A stretch of DNA of 64,000 nucleotides, taken from the NCBI GenBank assembly GCA_937625935.1, contig OW569347.1, forward strand, positions 248,001 to 312,000. The letters run 5' to 3'. Position 1 is the stretch's first letter; every line of letters begins with the position of its first letter. This stretch comes from Tetramitus jugosus (Eukaryota; Protista; Heterolobosea). The notes beneath the pieces were generated by a model. The model did not search any database and was not told the DNA's origin. It saw nothing but the letters and a program-made list of their open reading frames with translations. This document shows, in pieces, positions 20,593-31,408 of this stretch. The position numbers and the translations under genes are program-made.

Positions 20593-21393
20593 TTATGCCC
20601 ACAAGGAAAGTGAAGGCCATGATACATTAGCAAAGCAAAACACTGCCACAGAGAGCACCAGGTGGAACAAATCGACGGATGAAAGCACAAGGGCGTTGCA
20701 TCCGTATCCACAATTCACCTTTAGGATGGTGCTGTTATTGAACAGAGAGAAACTGATTCCTGAATTCTTCAATTGATCAGCCACGGCAAACACCAGAATG
20801 GCAGCAATCAGATAGGAACACTTTGATCTTCTAACACCGCTCACTTTGCCAGCCAGAATCAAAACCGATGCCCAAACAAGCAACAGAACCATGGACACAG
20901 TAGGACCGAGCTTGACCAAGTCTCCCACAGTAATTCTACAGTGCATCACTGGCATTTGTACATTCAACAGTGTCACTCCACCCAAGCCACAGTACTCATA
21001 GTATTGCAAGATTGCAAAAACAACACATAAAACATAGGGCATATACTCTCGAATCTGGCGATTCAACTTGCCAGATTGAAACCACTGGAATGGAGTAGCA
21101 ATCGAAAGGTACGAGGAGAGAGCAATGTTCATCGCACCAAAGAATCCAGCAATATGACTCACCATGACATGATAAACAACAATATCACTTCCCAAAATTT
21201 GAATGTGAGCTCCACTGTACCTCAGAGCACCCAACAAGGAACCGAGACCAATCAATGAAATACCCAGGATCCAACCCAATGGGAAATCAAGTGATTTTTG
21301 GATCGAATGACATTTGTACACATGTCTCACGCAGACAACACACGACAAGAATAAAACAACCTCACAGACTACAGAAACAGCACCCGTCATCAT
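20593..21393 (-). CDS. multi-pass membrane protein
   Basis: Several TM segments, LGALRY, VDLFH. Confidence 0.7.
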   Translation of the reverse strand: MMTGAVSVVCEVVLFLSCVVCVRHVYKCHSIQKSLDFPLGWILGISLIGLGSLLGALRYSGAHIQILGSDIVVYHVMVSHIAGFFGAMNIALSSYLSIATPFQWFQSGKLNRQIREYMPYVLCVVFAILQYYEYCGLGGVTLLNVQMPVMHCRITVGDLVKLGPTVSMVLLLVWASVLILAGKVSGVRRSKCSYLIAAILVFAVADQLKNSGISFSLFNNSTILKVNCGYGCNALVLSSVDLFHLVLSVAVFCFANVSWPSLSLWA

Positions 21394-21449
21394 ATCTCTC
21401 AATTCTCAGACGAAAAGCTTTTTGTTCAATTTTTTGATTGATCCTTCAA

Positions 21450-23501
21450 ATGACACAAACACAAAAATTTCACATTCACACCACCAAAAGCCAATCAAAC
21501 AACAACATCAAATCATCACTTACCAATTCACCAATGAGACAATTCGCCTACATTACCAACCAAGAAGAAGTGAACAACAACAACAACAAGAGCCAAAATC
21601 ATCATCCCTACAATCGCAACAACAACACCAACAACAGCAATAACAATGACATGAAATCATCACTATCATCACCACCACCCACTCCACCAACACCAAGGAG
21701 ACAATTCGCCTACATTGCCAATCTAGGATCCAACAGCAAAAAGGGTCACAACACCACCAGTATTCATCGCTCTCCACATCACAACAACAACAACAAAAAC
21801 AATAATAACACCAATAACAACAACAACAGTAGCTTCAACAACAACAGTCATGCACGTTCTTCTTCTCAAAGCTTGTACAAACTTCCCAAGGACTGGTTAC
21901 ACTTGGCCCCAGGTGGTGAACAAACTGTTCCCTTCACTCCCATCATACCCATCAAAGTTCCTCTCTCGAGTCAACACTATCAACCACATCACATGGACAT
22001 TAAGGATCTGGTTCAAGCACAACAAACGCATTACAATCGAAAAATTGGCTTGTTGATTGATTTGACCAATGTGGATCGATACTACTCCAAAGAGTCCATT
22101 CCCAGTGGAACACTGTACTTGAAGATGCCTATTGTGGGTCATTTTGAACCACCGAGTGCACGTGACGTTCAACAATTCATTTCGGCAATTGATCAATTTG
22201 TGAAACAGCATCGCAATAGTAGCAATAGTAATATGATTATGAATGATAGTGATGATGATGATGAGAATGATGACAGTGGCGAGAATGACAGTGAGAATAA
22301 AAGCGAGAGTGGGAGTGGTGAGAATGAAAGAGTTTTCACTTCATCATTCATCATGGTACACTGTACTCATGGACTCAATCGAACAGGTTACCTCGTGTGT
22401 GAATACTTGATCAGGAGACTTCACTTTACAGTGGATCAAGCGCTCAAGGCATTTGCAATGGGTCGTGGTCTCTGCATGTACAATCCAATGTTTATTGATC
22501 ATTTGTATGAGAAGCACGGACAGACACATAGTGATCGTTATGTCAATTTTAACTATCCTGCATTCCCAGAGTACTCGCGTGGCAAGTACATGAGAACACT
22601 GAAGCAGTCAAAGGTGTTGGAGAAGAGAGGATTACGGTTTGAGAAATTTGATTTTGCATCCATGAGCCCGCATGAGGACTTGATGCAGTTTGAAGATGTG
22701 ACTTTGCCTGACGCTGAAACAGTGTATGCTCTCATTGATCGTATCTATAGCAGTAGTGAGGCAGAAGACACTCAATCTAGTAGTAGTGTAGTTGAGAACA
22801 AGACAGGGGACACGGTTGAGAACATTGCTGACGATATGAGTGAGAATAAGAATGAAGACGAGAAAGAAGACAAGAGTGATGAGAAGAGCGAGAACACGAG
22901 TGAGAAGAGTGAGAACAGCACTGCTACTGTCACCGAATATACTCCTTTGAAAACAAAACCTAATACAACGACTGCCACAAGCACTCCCAGCAGATACCAA
23001 GGCAATCATTACAGAGATAATTACAATCGCCACAGCCAGTCTGATCACTACAGTAGAGATTATCGGGATTATAGAGATTACCGAGATTACAGAGACCATC
23101 GAGATTATAGAGATTATCGAGATTATGATAGAGGGTATGATAGAGGTTATGATAGTTACAAGAGTTATTACGATGACCGATACTCGCATGGACATTACCA
23201 TAGTGCCGATTATTATCATGGCGGTGAGAGCAATTATTATTATGATAGAGGTTATTCAGGTGAAGGACGATATTACAATGAGCGAGACAACTTCAATGGA
23301 AGATACGAAGATCGCAGAGGGTACGAAGATAGACCTTATCGACCAAGTTCTTACAGTAGTCGATATGAACCATACCCTCGACCATCCGGAGGCTATCAAA
23401 GTAGTAGTAATAGTGGTACGGCTAGTAGTAGCAGTAGCAGTACAACGACAAAACCGGCAGCATCGAGCACTTCGTCAACAACAGAAAAGATAAAACAATA
23501 A
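21450..23501 (+). CDS. DUSP11: RNA 5'-tri/diphosphatase, DUSP11/PIR1-like, with long low-complexity tails
   Basis: IPIKVPL, IDLTNVDRYY, VHCTHGLNRTGYLVC; no guanylyltransferase domain follows. Confidence 0.8.
   Translation: MTQTQKFHIHTTKSQSNNNIKSSLTNSPMRQFAYITNQEEVNNNNNKSQNHHPYNRNNNTNNSNNNDMKSSLSSPPPTPPTPRRQFAYIANLGSNSKKGHNTTSIHRSPHHNNNNKNNNNTNNNNNSSFNNNSHARSSSQSLYKLPKDWLHLAPGGEQTVPFTPIIPIKVPLSSQHYQPHHMDIKDLVQAQQTHYNRKIGLLIDLTNVDRYYSKESIPSGTLYLKMPIVGHFEPPSARDVQQFISAIDQFVKQHRNSSNSNMIMNDSDDDDENDDSGENDSENKSESGSGENERVFTSSFIMVHCTHGLNRTGYLVCEYLIRRLHFTVDQALKAFAMGRGLCMYNPMFIDHLYEKHGQTHSDRYVNFNYPAFPEYSRGKYMRTLKQSKVLEKRGLRFEKFDFASMSPHEDLMQFEDVTLPDAETVYALIDRIYSSSEAEDTQSSSSVVENKTGDTVENIADDMSENKNEDEKEDKSDEKSENTSEKSENSTATVTEYTPLKTKPNTTTATSTPSRYQGNHYRDNYNRHSQSDHYSRDYRDYRDYRDYRDHRDYRDYRDYDRGYDRGYDSYKSYYDDRYSHGHYHSADYYHGGESNYYYDRGYSGEGRYYNERDNFNGRYEDRRGYEDRPYRPSSYSSRYEPYPRPSGGYQSSSNSGTASSSSSSTTTKPAASSTSSTTEKIKQ
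23055..23153 (+). repeat. coding 9-nt (RDY)n and 12-nt (DRGY)n tandem repeats
   Basis: RDYRDYRDYRDYRDHRDYRDYRDYDRGYDRGYD, with synonymous variation between copies. Confidence 0.9.
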
Positions 23502-23602
23502 CCTCGTTATGCTTTTTACTTAATTACTTCAACATATATAAAATAATGAACGATTCCTCTCGAAAGATTATCCCACACAGAAATTGATCCCAGTTCCGTT
23601 GC

Positions 23603-24556
23603 TTACTCCTTTTGTTCATCAAAGAGCCTCTTGTTGCATCCTCTGCGCAATCTCTCTTGTCTCTCCAAGAGTTGATGCCAACTGCAATGAGATTTCATGA
23701 TTCTATCCCAAAAAGTAAAGTACTGGCCATAGTTGTAAACAAACTTGGAGTGATGAATCGAATGATGCAAGGAACCGTTCAAGTAATAACTTCTCAAGCT
23801 TCCTTCCTTCTCACCACACCAATCAACACCATCATGAATAGAGACGGTCCACAGCTGAACAAACACAAACAGTCCCAAATAGAGACCGAGCTGCATAGGG
23901 AAGAAGAAGACCAAAAAGTGATAAGGCAATGATTGAGCCCAACCATCCAATGGATGGAAAGCAAATGCAGCAAATGGAGTCGGATTGATCCACTTGTGAT
24001 GTGGCTTGTGAATAAACTTGTAGATCCATGTATAGGTGTGCTCAAATCGATGCACCCAATAAATGCCAGTATCCGTAAACACCAAGAACACCACCGTCAT
24101 CAACAAAAAGTTCATCCATGTGAACGGATTCTCCGCTGTAAAATTCCAATATAACCGCGAATACCCTCTCATTTCCAAAACGAAAAAGGGCGCAGTGAGC
24201 AAGCTCAAGAATGGGAAGGCCTTGTACGACATTTTGATCTCTAGTGCAATTTGACCGGGGAACGGTTGTGGCTCATGAGCTGGATGATACTTGTCCTTTT
24301 TCCAAACAAAAAAGTACAGGTAAGACAGTGGACATGTGATGGTGAAGATGAGGGCAGCACCAAACGCAGCAATAGCACTCAAAATAAGGAATTGAACCCA
24401 AATGTTCATGTCATTGGTGCTGGCCAAGAAGTCAATCAATTGATCCACAAGAGTATAAATGAGTTGCATGGGCAGTATACCATCAAGTAAATGGAGTGGA
24501 GGTCCATGAACGTTGATGAGACTATTGGCACTCGCAACAGTAGTGGCGTTTATCAT
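23603..24556 (-). CDS. ERG3: sterol C-5 desaturase (ERG3/SC5D)
   Basis: His boxes HRFEH, HKPHH, HSIHH; PTPFAAFAFHPLDG; NYGQYFTFWDR. Confidence 0.92.
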   Translation of the reverse strand: MINATTVASANSLINVHGPPLHLLDGILPMQLIYTLVDQLIDFLASTNDMNIWVQFLILSAIAAFGAALIFTITCPLSYLYFFVWKKDKYHPAHEPQPFPGQIALEIKMSYKAFPFLSLLTAPFFVLEMRGYSRLYWNFTAENPFTWMNFLLMTVVFLVFTDTGIYWVHRFEHTYTWIYKFIHKPHHKWINPTPFAAFAFHPLDGWAQSLPYHFLVFFFPMQLGLYLGLFVFVQLWTVSIHDGVDWCGEKEGSLRSYYLNGSLHHSIHHSKFVYNYGQYFTFWDRIMKSHCSWHQLLERQERLRRGCNKRLFDEQKE

Positions 24557-24793
24557 TCTTCTTGTTTTTTCTGTTGTTGTTGCTCTGTGTGGTTGAAAAG
24601 AAGGATGTCGGGGGTGGGAAATCCTTCTGTCCTGCAGACGGACATGCCGCCAACACACATATTTTCACACATTCTTGTTTTAGTTTGGTCATGGGATTGT
24701 CCCATCATCAGAGTCATTTGTTTCAAGGGCCCACTGGAGGAGTGTTACGGAAGAACATGACAGAACTGATCCTCAATTCGAAAGATAGAGAGT

Positions 24794-27540
24794 TTAGTTT
24801 TTATTGTCATCTTCATCATCGTCAGAGTTTGATTCTTTGGCAATCTTTCTCCTTCGTACAGATGTCAGGCGCTTGTTGATACCATCGTACATCTTTCTGT
24901 CCTTTTCAGGAACAGATGGAATCACCTTTGTAAATGCAACGTCAAAGTGCTTCTTGCCCACAACGAGATCCTTTTCTTCAGATGCATTGCCGTCCTTGCA
25001 TTTGGCCAAGTGTTCCTTCAAGCAACACACAGAGGCTTCTCTGACGAGTTGTGCAATATCAGCACCACTGTAGTTGTCGCAGTATGGATTTCTGGCAATT
25101 TGCTCTAGCTTGACATCCTTGGCAAATGGTGTATGTCTGGCAATGGTTTTCAAGATGGCAACTCGAGCTTCAATCGATGGCAATGACACATACAACATCT
25201 TGTCCAAACGACCAGGTCTCAACATGGCAGGATCAATGATATCTGGTCTGTTGGTGGCAGCGATCACGAACACGTGCTTTCTGGACTCTAGACCATCCAT
25301 CTCTGTCAATAGCTGATTAACAACTCTTTCGGAACTTGCATTGCCAGCGTCGTAGCCTCTCTTTGGACAAAGAGCATCCAATTCATCAAAGAAGATGACA
25401 CAAGGAGCTGAGGCAGCAGCTCTTGCAAACACTTGTCTGACGGCTCGTTCAGACTCACCAACAAACTTGTTCAACAGTTCTGGACCCTTAATGGAGATGA
25501 AATTAGCACCACTGTCATGGGAAACAGCCTTTGCCAGCAGAGTTTTTCCGCAACCTGGAGGTCCATACAAGAGGACTCCAGATGGAGCATCGAGAGCCAA
25601 CTTTGCATACTTGTCAGGGTTTTTGATTGGTTCCATGATAGACAGCTGCAACTCCTCTCTAATCTCATCGAGAGCGCCGATATCATCCCATGTGACATTA
25701 GGGATAGTGGCAAAGCCTTCTCTCTTGGCAGATGGTTGAACCTTCTTCACCGATTGTTCAAAATCATCCATTGTGATGCTCAATCCTGACAATTGATCTT
25801 CTGTCAGAGGTTCGGCTTGTGCCTTCAGTGCATCACTGACCTTGGATCTCTTCTCGAGAGCAGCTGCAGCCATCTGAGATCTGGCAATAGGTGAGTCATC
25901 AGTGCCTGTAGTTGATTCATTTGCATCAGGGAACAATGCATGGAAAATACGATTGATTGCCATGACAGCAGCTTCCTTGGTCAGAGCCTTCAAATCAGCA
26001 CCAACAAATCCCGGTGTCATTCGAGCAATAATTCCAAAGTCAAAGTTGCCAGAGAGTCGTAAATCTCTGCTCATCACCTGCAAGATTCTCTTTCTAGAAT
26101 TCTCATCTGGAATTCCCAGTGATAATTCTCTGTCGAAACGACCTGCTCTTCTCAGTGCAGGATCCAAGGAATCTGGTCTATTAGTAGCACCAATCACCAT
26201 GACCATCTTATCGTTTGTCTTGTCAAAACTCAAATCATCAATCGATGTCAACAATTGAGCCACAATTCTCTTTTCCATTTCACGACTCGCTGTTTCTCTC
26301 TTTGGTGTAATGGCATCAATCTCATCAATAAAAATGAGAGAGGGTGCCTTTGCGACAGCGTCTCTGAACAAGGATCGAATCTTTGCTTCTGACTCACCAG
26401 ACATACCAGAGACAACTTCGGGAGCAGAAATCTTGAAGAATGGTACACCCAATTCACCTGCAATCGCTGTTGCTAGCATGGTCTAATATTTGTAATCATT
26501 GTGTGTGTGTGTGTGCATAGTGTCAGTACACATACATGAAGGACAAGGTACACAAAAAAACAAGTCGTAACACTATTCATCATCGTACAAACCTTTCCAC
26601 TACCTGGAGGTCCATACAACAAGATACCTCTCGGTGGTTCCACACCCAAGTGTTGATAAATCTCTGGATGAGTAAATGGATACTCAATCAGTTCCTTGAT
26701 GTCCTGCAACACAGTCTCAATACCTCCCAAATCAGTGTAGCGTGTTGTTGGTCGTTCTTCCACAGAGTAGGATACTGGCTTCTTTCTGCTGCTGTTGGAG
26801 GAGGATGCGCCACTCTGCTGTGCAGCAACAGGGTTAGTGGATGCTTCCAATTTCGTTCTTGCCCTCTTCTTGACTTGATTCTCCACTTCATCATCAATTT
26901 GATCGCTGTCTGGTGTTGGTCGCTTCCCTACTCTCTTTTGTTGTTGTTGAGAAGAAGAATCATTGGTTGTTGATGTTGTTGTTTGAGCCTTGTACAAGTT
27001 GTGCAAACTATTGTTCATGACATTGGATGTTTGACTCATTTGGTCTCTCTCTTGTTTCAACTGTTCCAACTCTACTCTTATTCTCTCATTTTCCTTTGTA
27101 ATCTGCTCTTCCAATGCTTCCAAATCTTCTTTGCTGTTGGACGTGTGGATCATTAGACTCATGTCATCATCGCCGTCATTCTCTGATCTCATCATACCTT
27201 CGAAAGAGTGAGACGGGAATGCAGGTTGCTTGCTTTGTACTCGTTGTACTCCAATTTGAATCGCTTCTTGTACAATTCGCTTAAAATTGGTCCAAATGGG
27301 ATACTTTTCCTTGTATTCGGTGTGTGAGTCACGCAACTGAATGACAATGCGACCAACGTTGCTTGCTTGACCAAATGATTCGCTGCTCGGATCAAAAATG
27401 TCACTCGAGATTTCGTGAATGTGTTCAATGAGGGAATTCAAGTTGATTTTGCTATCGTCGCTGTTGCCATGGGAACTGTTGTGGTGTGTCCTGTTGTTGT
27501 TGTGATGCTTTGGCTTGTTGTTGAATCTACCACGTGCCAT
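24794..27540 (-). CDS. NVL: AAA+ ATPase NVL/Rix7, 2 exons
   Basis: GPPGSGK|T across intron 26592-26483; [22 protein letters not shown], second Walker A GPPGCGKT. Confidence 0.93.
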
Positions 27541-27673
27541 TGTGTTGTTTGTTGTGTGATGAGCTCTTTTTTGTTTGAGCGCCCGCAGTAATTCTTGTGA
27601 ATTTTGTGTTTGGTTGCAGGGTGCTATTTTATGTTGAAGTTTCATTGTTGAGCGGAAGAAAATGCAAAAGGTT

Positions 27674-30600
27674 TCATGGCAGCAGGGACTGACAAATACT
27701 CAGCCTGGCTTCGAGCCTTTGAGCAATGGTGAGGATTTGGCTGGTATGCCTACTGATCATTTCTTGGTTGGAGTTGTTTTGATGAGGAGATCTGTCTTTC
27801 ATGTCTTGCAATGTCATATTGTGTTGTTGCAATTCTGCTAAATCGGCACTCAATTTGTCTAATGCACAATCCTTCTCGCTCAATTGAGTTTTTAGAGCTA
27901 CGATTTCATCGTTAAAGGTCTTGTCAGTTTCTATTGTCTTGATAGAGATGATTGAGAGTTCCACTTCCAAATCTTTCTTCTCATCCTTCAATCTCTGGAC
28001 AGTTTCTTTGAATTGAGTCAAGGTTTCTAGTTCTCCCTTCAGTAAGATATTATCATCAACTGCTTTTTGCAACTGTTCTCGTAGAGTTTCGAGACTGGCC
28101 TTTGAAATTCGCGTATTCTTGGTTAAATCATCATTCTCTTGCTCGAGTCGTTGAATAGTTTCAATGAAGCTCTTCTTTTCAGATTTTAAGAATTCTAACT
28201 CATCCTTTTTCATTTTGTTAGGTGTTACTTAGAGGCCTTAACGGTACATACCGGTACAATACCGACGAAATACCGCTAACTCCTTACCGGTTGGAACTTA
28301 GCGGTATTGTATCTGTTATCGTATCCGGTATTACCGGTAATCCACCGGTATCTGAAGAGGAGGCAGCTAACTTCCAAAACTTTGTATCATTAAATGGAGT
28401 GCATACAACAAACAATTTAATTTCCATTTTTTAGTGTCATGAGCATTTTTAGAGTCTCGGCGTGCAAAGAATGTCTTCTCACACCGATTACATCTCTACC
28501 AGAACTGAAGAGCCGTTCCACAGACACTGACGAAGAAGGCACAGCAAGATAGTCCTTGGCAACTTTCGACATTCTTGGAAAATATATACTGTTGTCCTTC
28601 CACCAATTGAGAACATCAATCTTGGTGTTCAGTGGTACAACAATTGGTTTTGTTGTTAGATACTCGTCAATGTCCGATTTTTTTGTTGACATTTCTTCCA
28701 TCTCCACACTCATGAATGCTTCAAGATCCAAATCATCTTCAGTTGGTTGTGTGTTAATTGGATTTGGACTATCTGCGGGGTAAAGTGTCTCCAATTTTTC
28801 TTTTATGTGATTGACTATAGATGCCCCAGTACTACTACCAAGCTGCTTGCTCAGCCATGCTCCTTTGTATTTGGGATGAAGCATGGCCGCAATAAAATAT
28901 GTATCATTTTCATCCATGTAGTTGTAATATTTCTCAAAATGTTTTAGCCCGTGTTCGGCAGCACTGATTATGTTGATGTCCACATTGTGAAAAACTCTTC
29001 GTTTTTCTCTAATGTCATTCAAGATATCATGGATGGCATAATAAATAGGCAATGACAGTGTAATTTGGGCTGAAGATGCCTGCGACACCATTTCGGTATA
29101 TTTGGAGAAAGGTTCTAGAACAAGGACCAATTGTCTTACAAAAATCCAATCCTCTTCTGTGAGAACAATCTGTTCCAACTCATCTGACATCGAAGTGTAT
29201 TGTTCAAATGGCGAACGGTACTTAAGAGCAACACATAGCATACGATATGTTGAGTTCCATCTAGTGGAAACATCATATGGGATGACATTGTTTTCTATGT
29301 TCATCCGAGAGCATATTTGCTGCCAGATATCCCTACGTTGAGGTGTTCTAGTACTATGTATTGCAACAACCCTGATCCTGTTAATTACACTGTAGTTGTA
29401 TCCACGACAGTCCTTCCTATCACACAAATCCTCGGCTGTATTCATGTCACCTGATTTCAAGTCTTTCATAATTGTTTGGACAATTAAATTCAAAATATGT
29501 GCCAAACATCTTATGTATCCACTCGCGTTGAATTTGGTGTCGAATGGGAGGTATCCCATTATACTCTCTATCAGTGCTCCGTTATTTGACGCATTGTCTC
29601 CAGTAATTGTCAGCAGTTTGTCCACACAGTTATAATCCACCAGACATTGATAGAGTATTTGCGCAAGATTTTCACCAGTGTGTGGCCCAATCACTTTTGA
29701 GAACTCCAGTACGTTCTCCTTGTATACATATTCAGGCGTAATCCAATGACCAATTATGGCCATGAAAGATATGTTATTTGGACTCGTCCAAATATCAAAT
29801 GAGATGGAAAGCGAAGAAGTACAAGCCAGGGAGTTCACTAATTCCGCTTTCCGTCGATGGAAGGAGTCTAGGACACGCATTTTCAAAGTACTCGGTGAAT
29901 TGAAAGGTAGTTCATGTCCTAGTGCCCGGAACAGGTCCCGTAATTCTTCTCTCTGAACACAGTTGAACGGCTGATTGGTAGCAATCACCCAGTTGATCAG
30001 TGACTGTTCGACACTAAGAGACTTAGATGTTGATTTTTGCACCAATAATGGATTATTAATATTATGCTTTCGAAGATGCGATGCTAGGTTTGATGTTGAA
30101 TTTCCCAGAATAGACTTGTCAAATTCCTTGTCACAGTATTTGCATGAAACCATTTTAATAGAATTGATGTTAGTTTCGTTATAATGTTCCCAAACAAAGC
30201 TTCTTTTCTTTCGGGTCTGAGGAGAACTGATAGGTGTCGATAATTGGTTTGCCACGTTTTCATTGTGTTTTCGCTTATTTGGAGATTTGTCAATTGTGTG
30301 GTCATGACTGTCACTATCACTACTGCTCCCATTGAGTATGGCGTAATCAAGACGTATAGAATCTCTGTTGCGCAATCATGGTTGAACTTGTTCCTCTGTC
30401 ATTAAACTTGTTTGAATTGCGTTTTTTGATTTGTTTGATGTGTTTTTGACAATCCGGCGAAACATTTTTAAATCCGACAATTATCCCGGAAACCGGTAGA
30501 AAACCGGTAACCCATCCGGAACCGCTTTACAACTGAGAATTAACGGATGGCCTCCCGGTATTGTACCTTTAGGAACGGTACGGATAGGTTATCGGTACAT

Positions 30601-31158
30601 CTGTTATCTTTACGACCTCTAGTGTTACTTCTGGACAATTTGAAAGAAGACGAAACTTACAATAGCTTTCTGCAAATCTTGATTGAATATTGTGCTTGTT
30701 TGGGAGACACTTTCCTTAGTTTCCACAAGTTGTTCTTGAAGTGAATAGTATTTAACTTTTAAATCCTTCTCTCTTTCTTCTGCTGTTTCAAGATCGATTT
30801 CTAATTGTTTCTGTTAACGTGTTGGTTGAGAGATTTGTAAGCCATAGGAGAGTCGCTTGTTAGTACCATACCTCGTAATCCTCACTCATCTTCTGGAATT
30901 CCACAAAACTATTTGTTACAAATTGAAGTTCACTTTTGGTAGTCTATTATTGCCATATTTTAGAAGTTGGAGCTTTCGATGTTTGCATCTTGTTGCAAGT
31001 ATACTTACCCGATACTTTGACTTGTAATACTCAATTTCTTCTTCCTGAGATGTAAAGTGAATACTTTCATCTGTTTCATTGAGATCTACACCACCTTTCT
31101 CTTTTCCTTCCTGTCCAATGTTGGAGACGTCTTCTTTCATAGTTATTGATTCGCTCAT
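27674..31158 (-). CDS. NUDE: NudE/NDEL1-like dynein regulator; exons 31158-31009, 30943-30872, 30810-30661, 28204-27674
   Basis: FTSQEEEIEYYK, EFQKMSEDYE, RLEQENDDL, VQRLKDEKKDLEVEL; all junctions GT-AG, phase 0. Confidence 0.85.
28230..30621 (-). mobile_element. hAT-superfamily DNA transposon, 2392 bp
   Basis: 8-bp TSD GTGTTACT (28222-28229, 30622-30629); imperfect TIRs TAGAGGCCTTAACGGTA / TAGAGGTCGTAAAGATA; CCGGT/TACCG subterminal repeats. Confidence 0.96.
28417..30402 (-). pseudogene. hAT transposase with an in-frame TGA at codon 9
   Basis: BED finger (VWEHY..CKYC..HLRKH), DIWTS, TGDNASN, RCLAH, TRWNSTY, SVERLFS; ATG at 30402, TGA at 30378-30376. Confidence 0.85.
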
Positions 31159-31408
31159 GTTTGTTTTGTTCGCTCGGACTATTGTCATAGATCCAACCAA
31201 TCATACTTACAAGAGACCATGATATCATCTCCCAGGATTTTGTGGAGAAACTCCACAACGGGACTCAATGCAAAGCAATATTACCAGTAAAGAAGATGAA
31301 GGAGGCCATGTAAAACAAGTTTAATCGCACTCGGCTTACTGTGGTTGGTTGATTGAGCTTTTATTGGCCATGAGCGATATCAATCTGATCTAGTTGAACA
31401 AATACCTA

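Noticed and set aside
23055-23153. CRISPR-like or non-coding repeat array
   Set aside because: In-frame coding repeats with no spacers, in a eukaryotic context.
30376-30378. Selenocysteine or alternative-code reading of the TGA
   Set aside because: TGA is a normal stop in several genes here, the position is non-catalytic, and no SECIS element was recognised.
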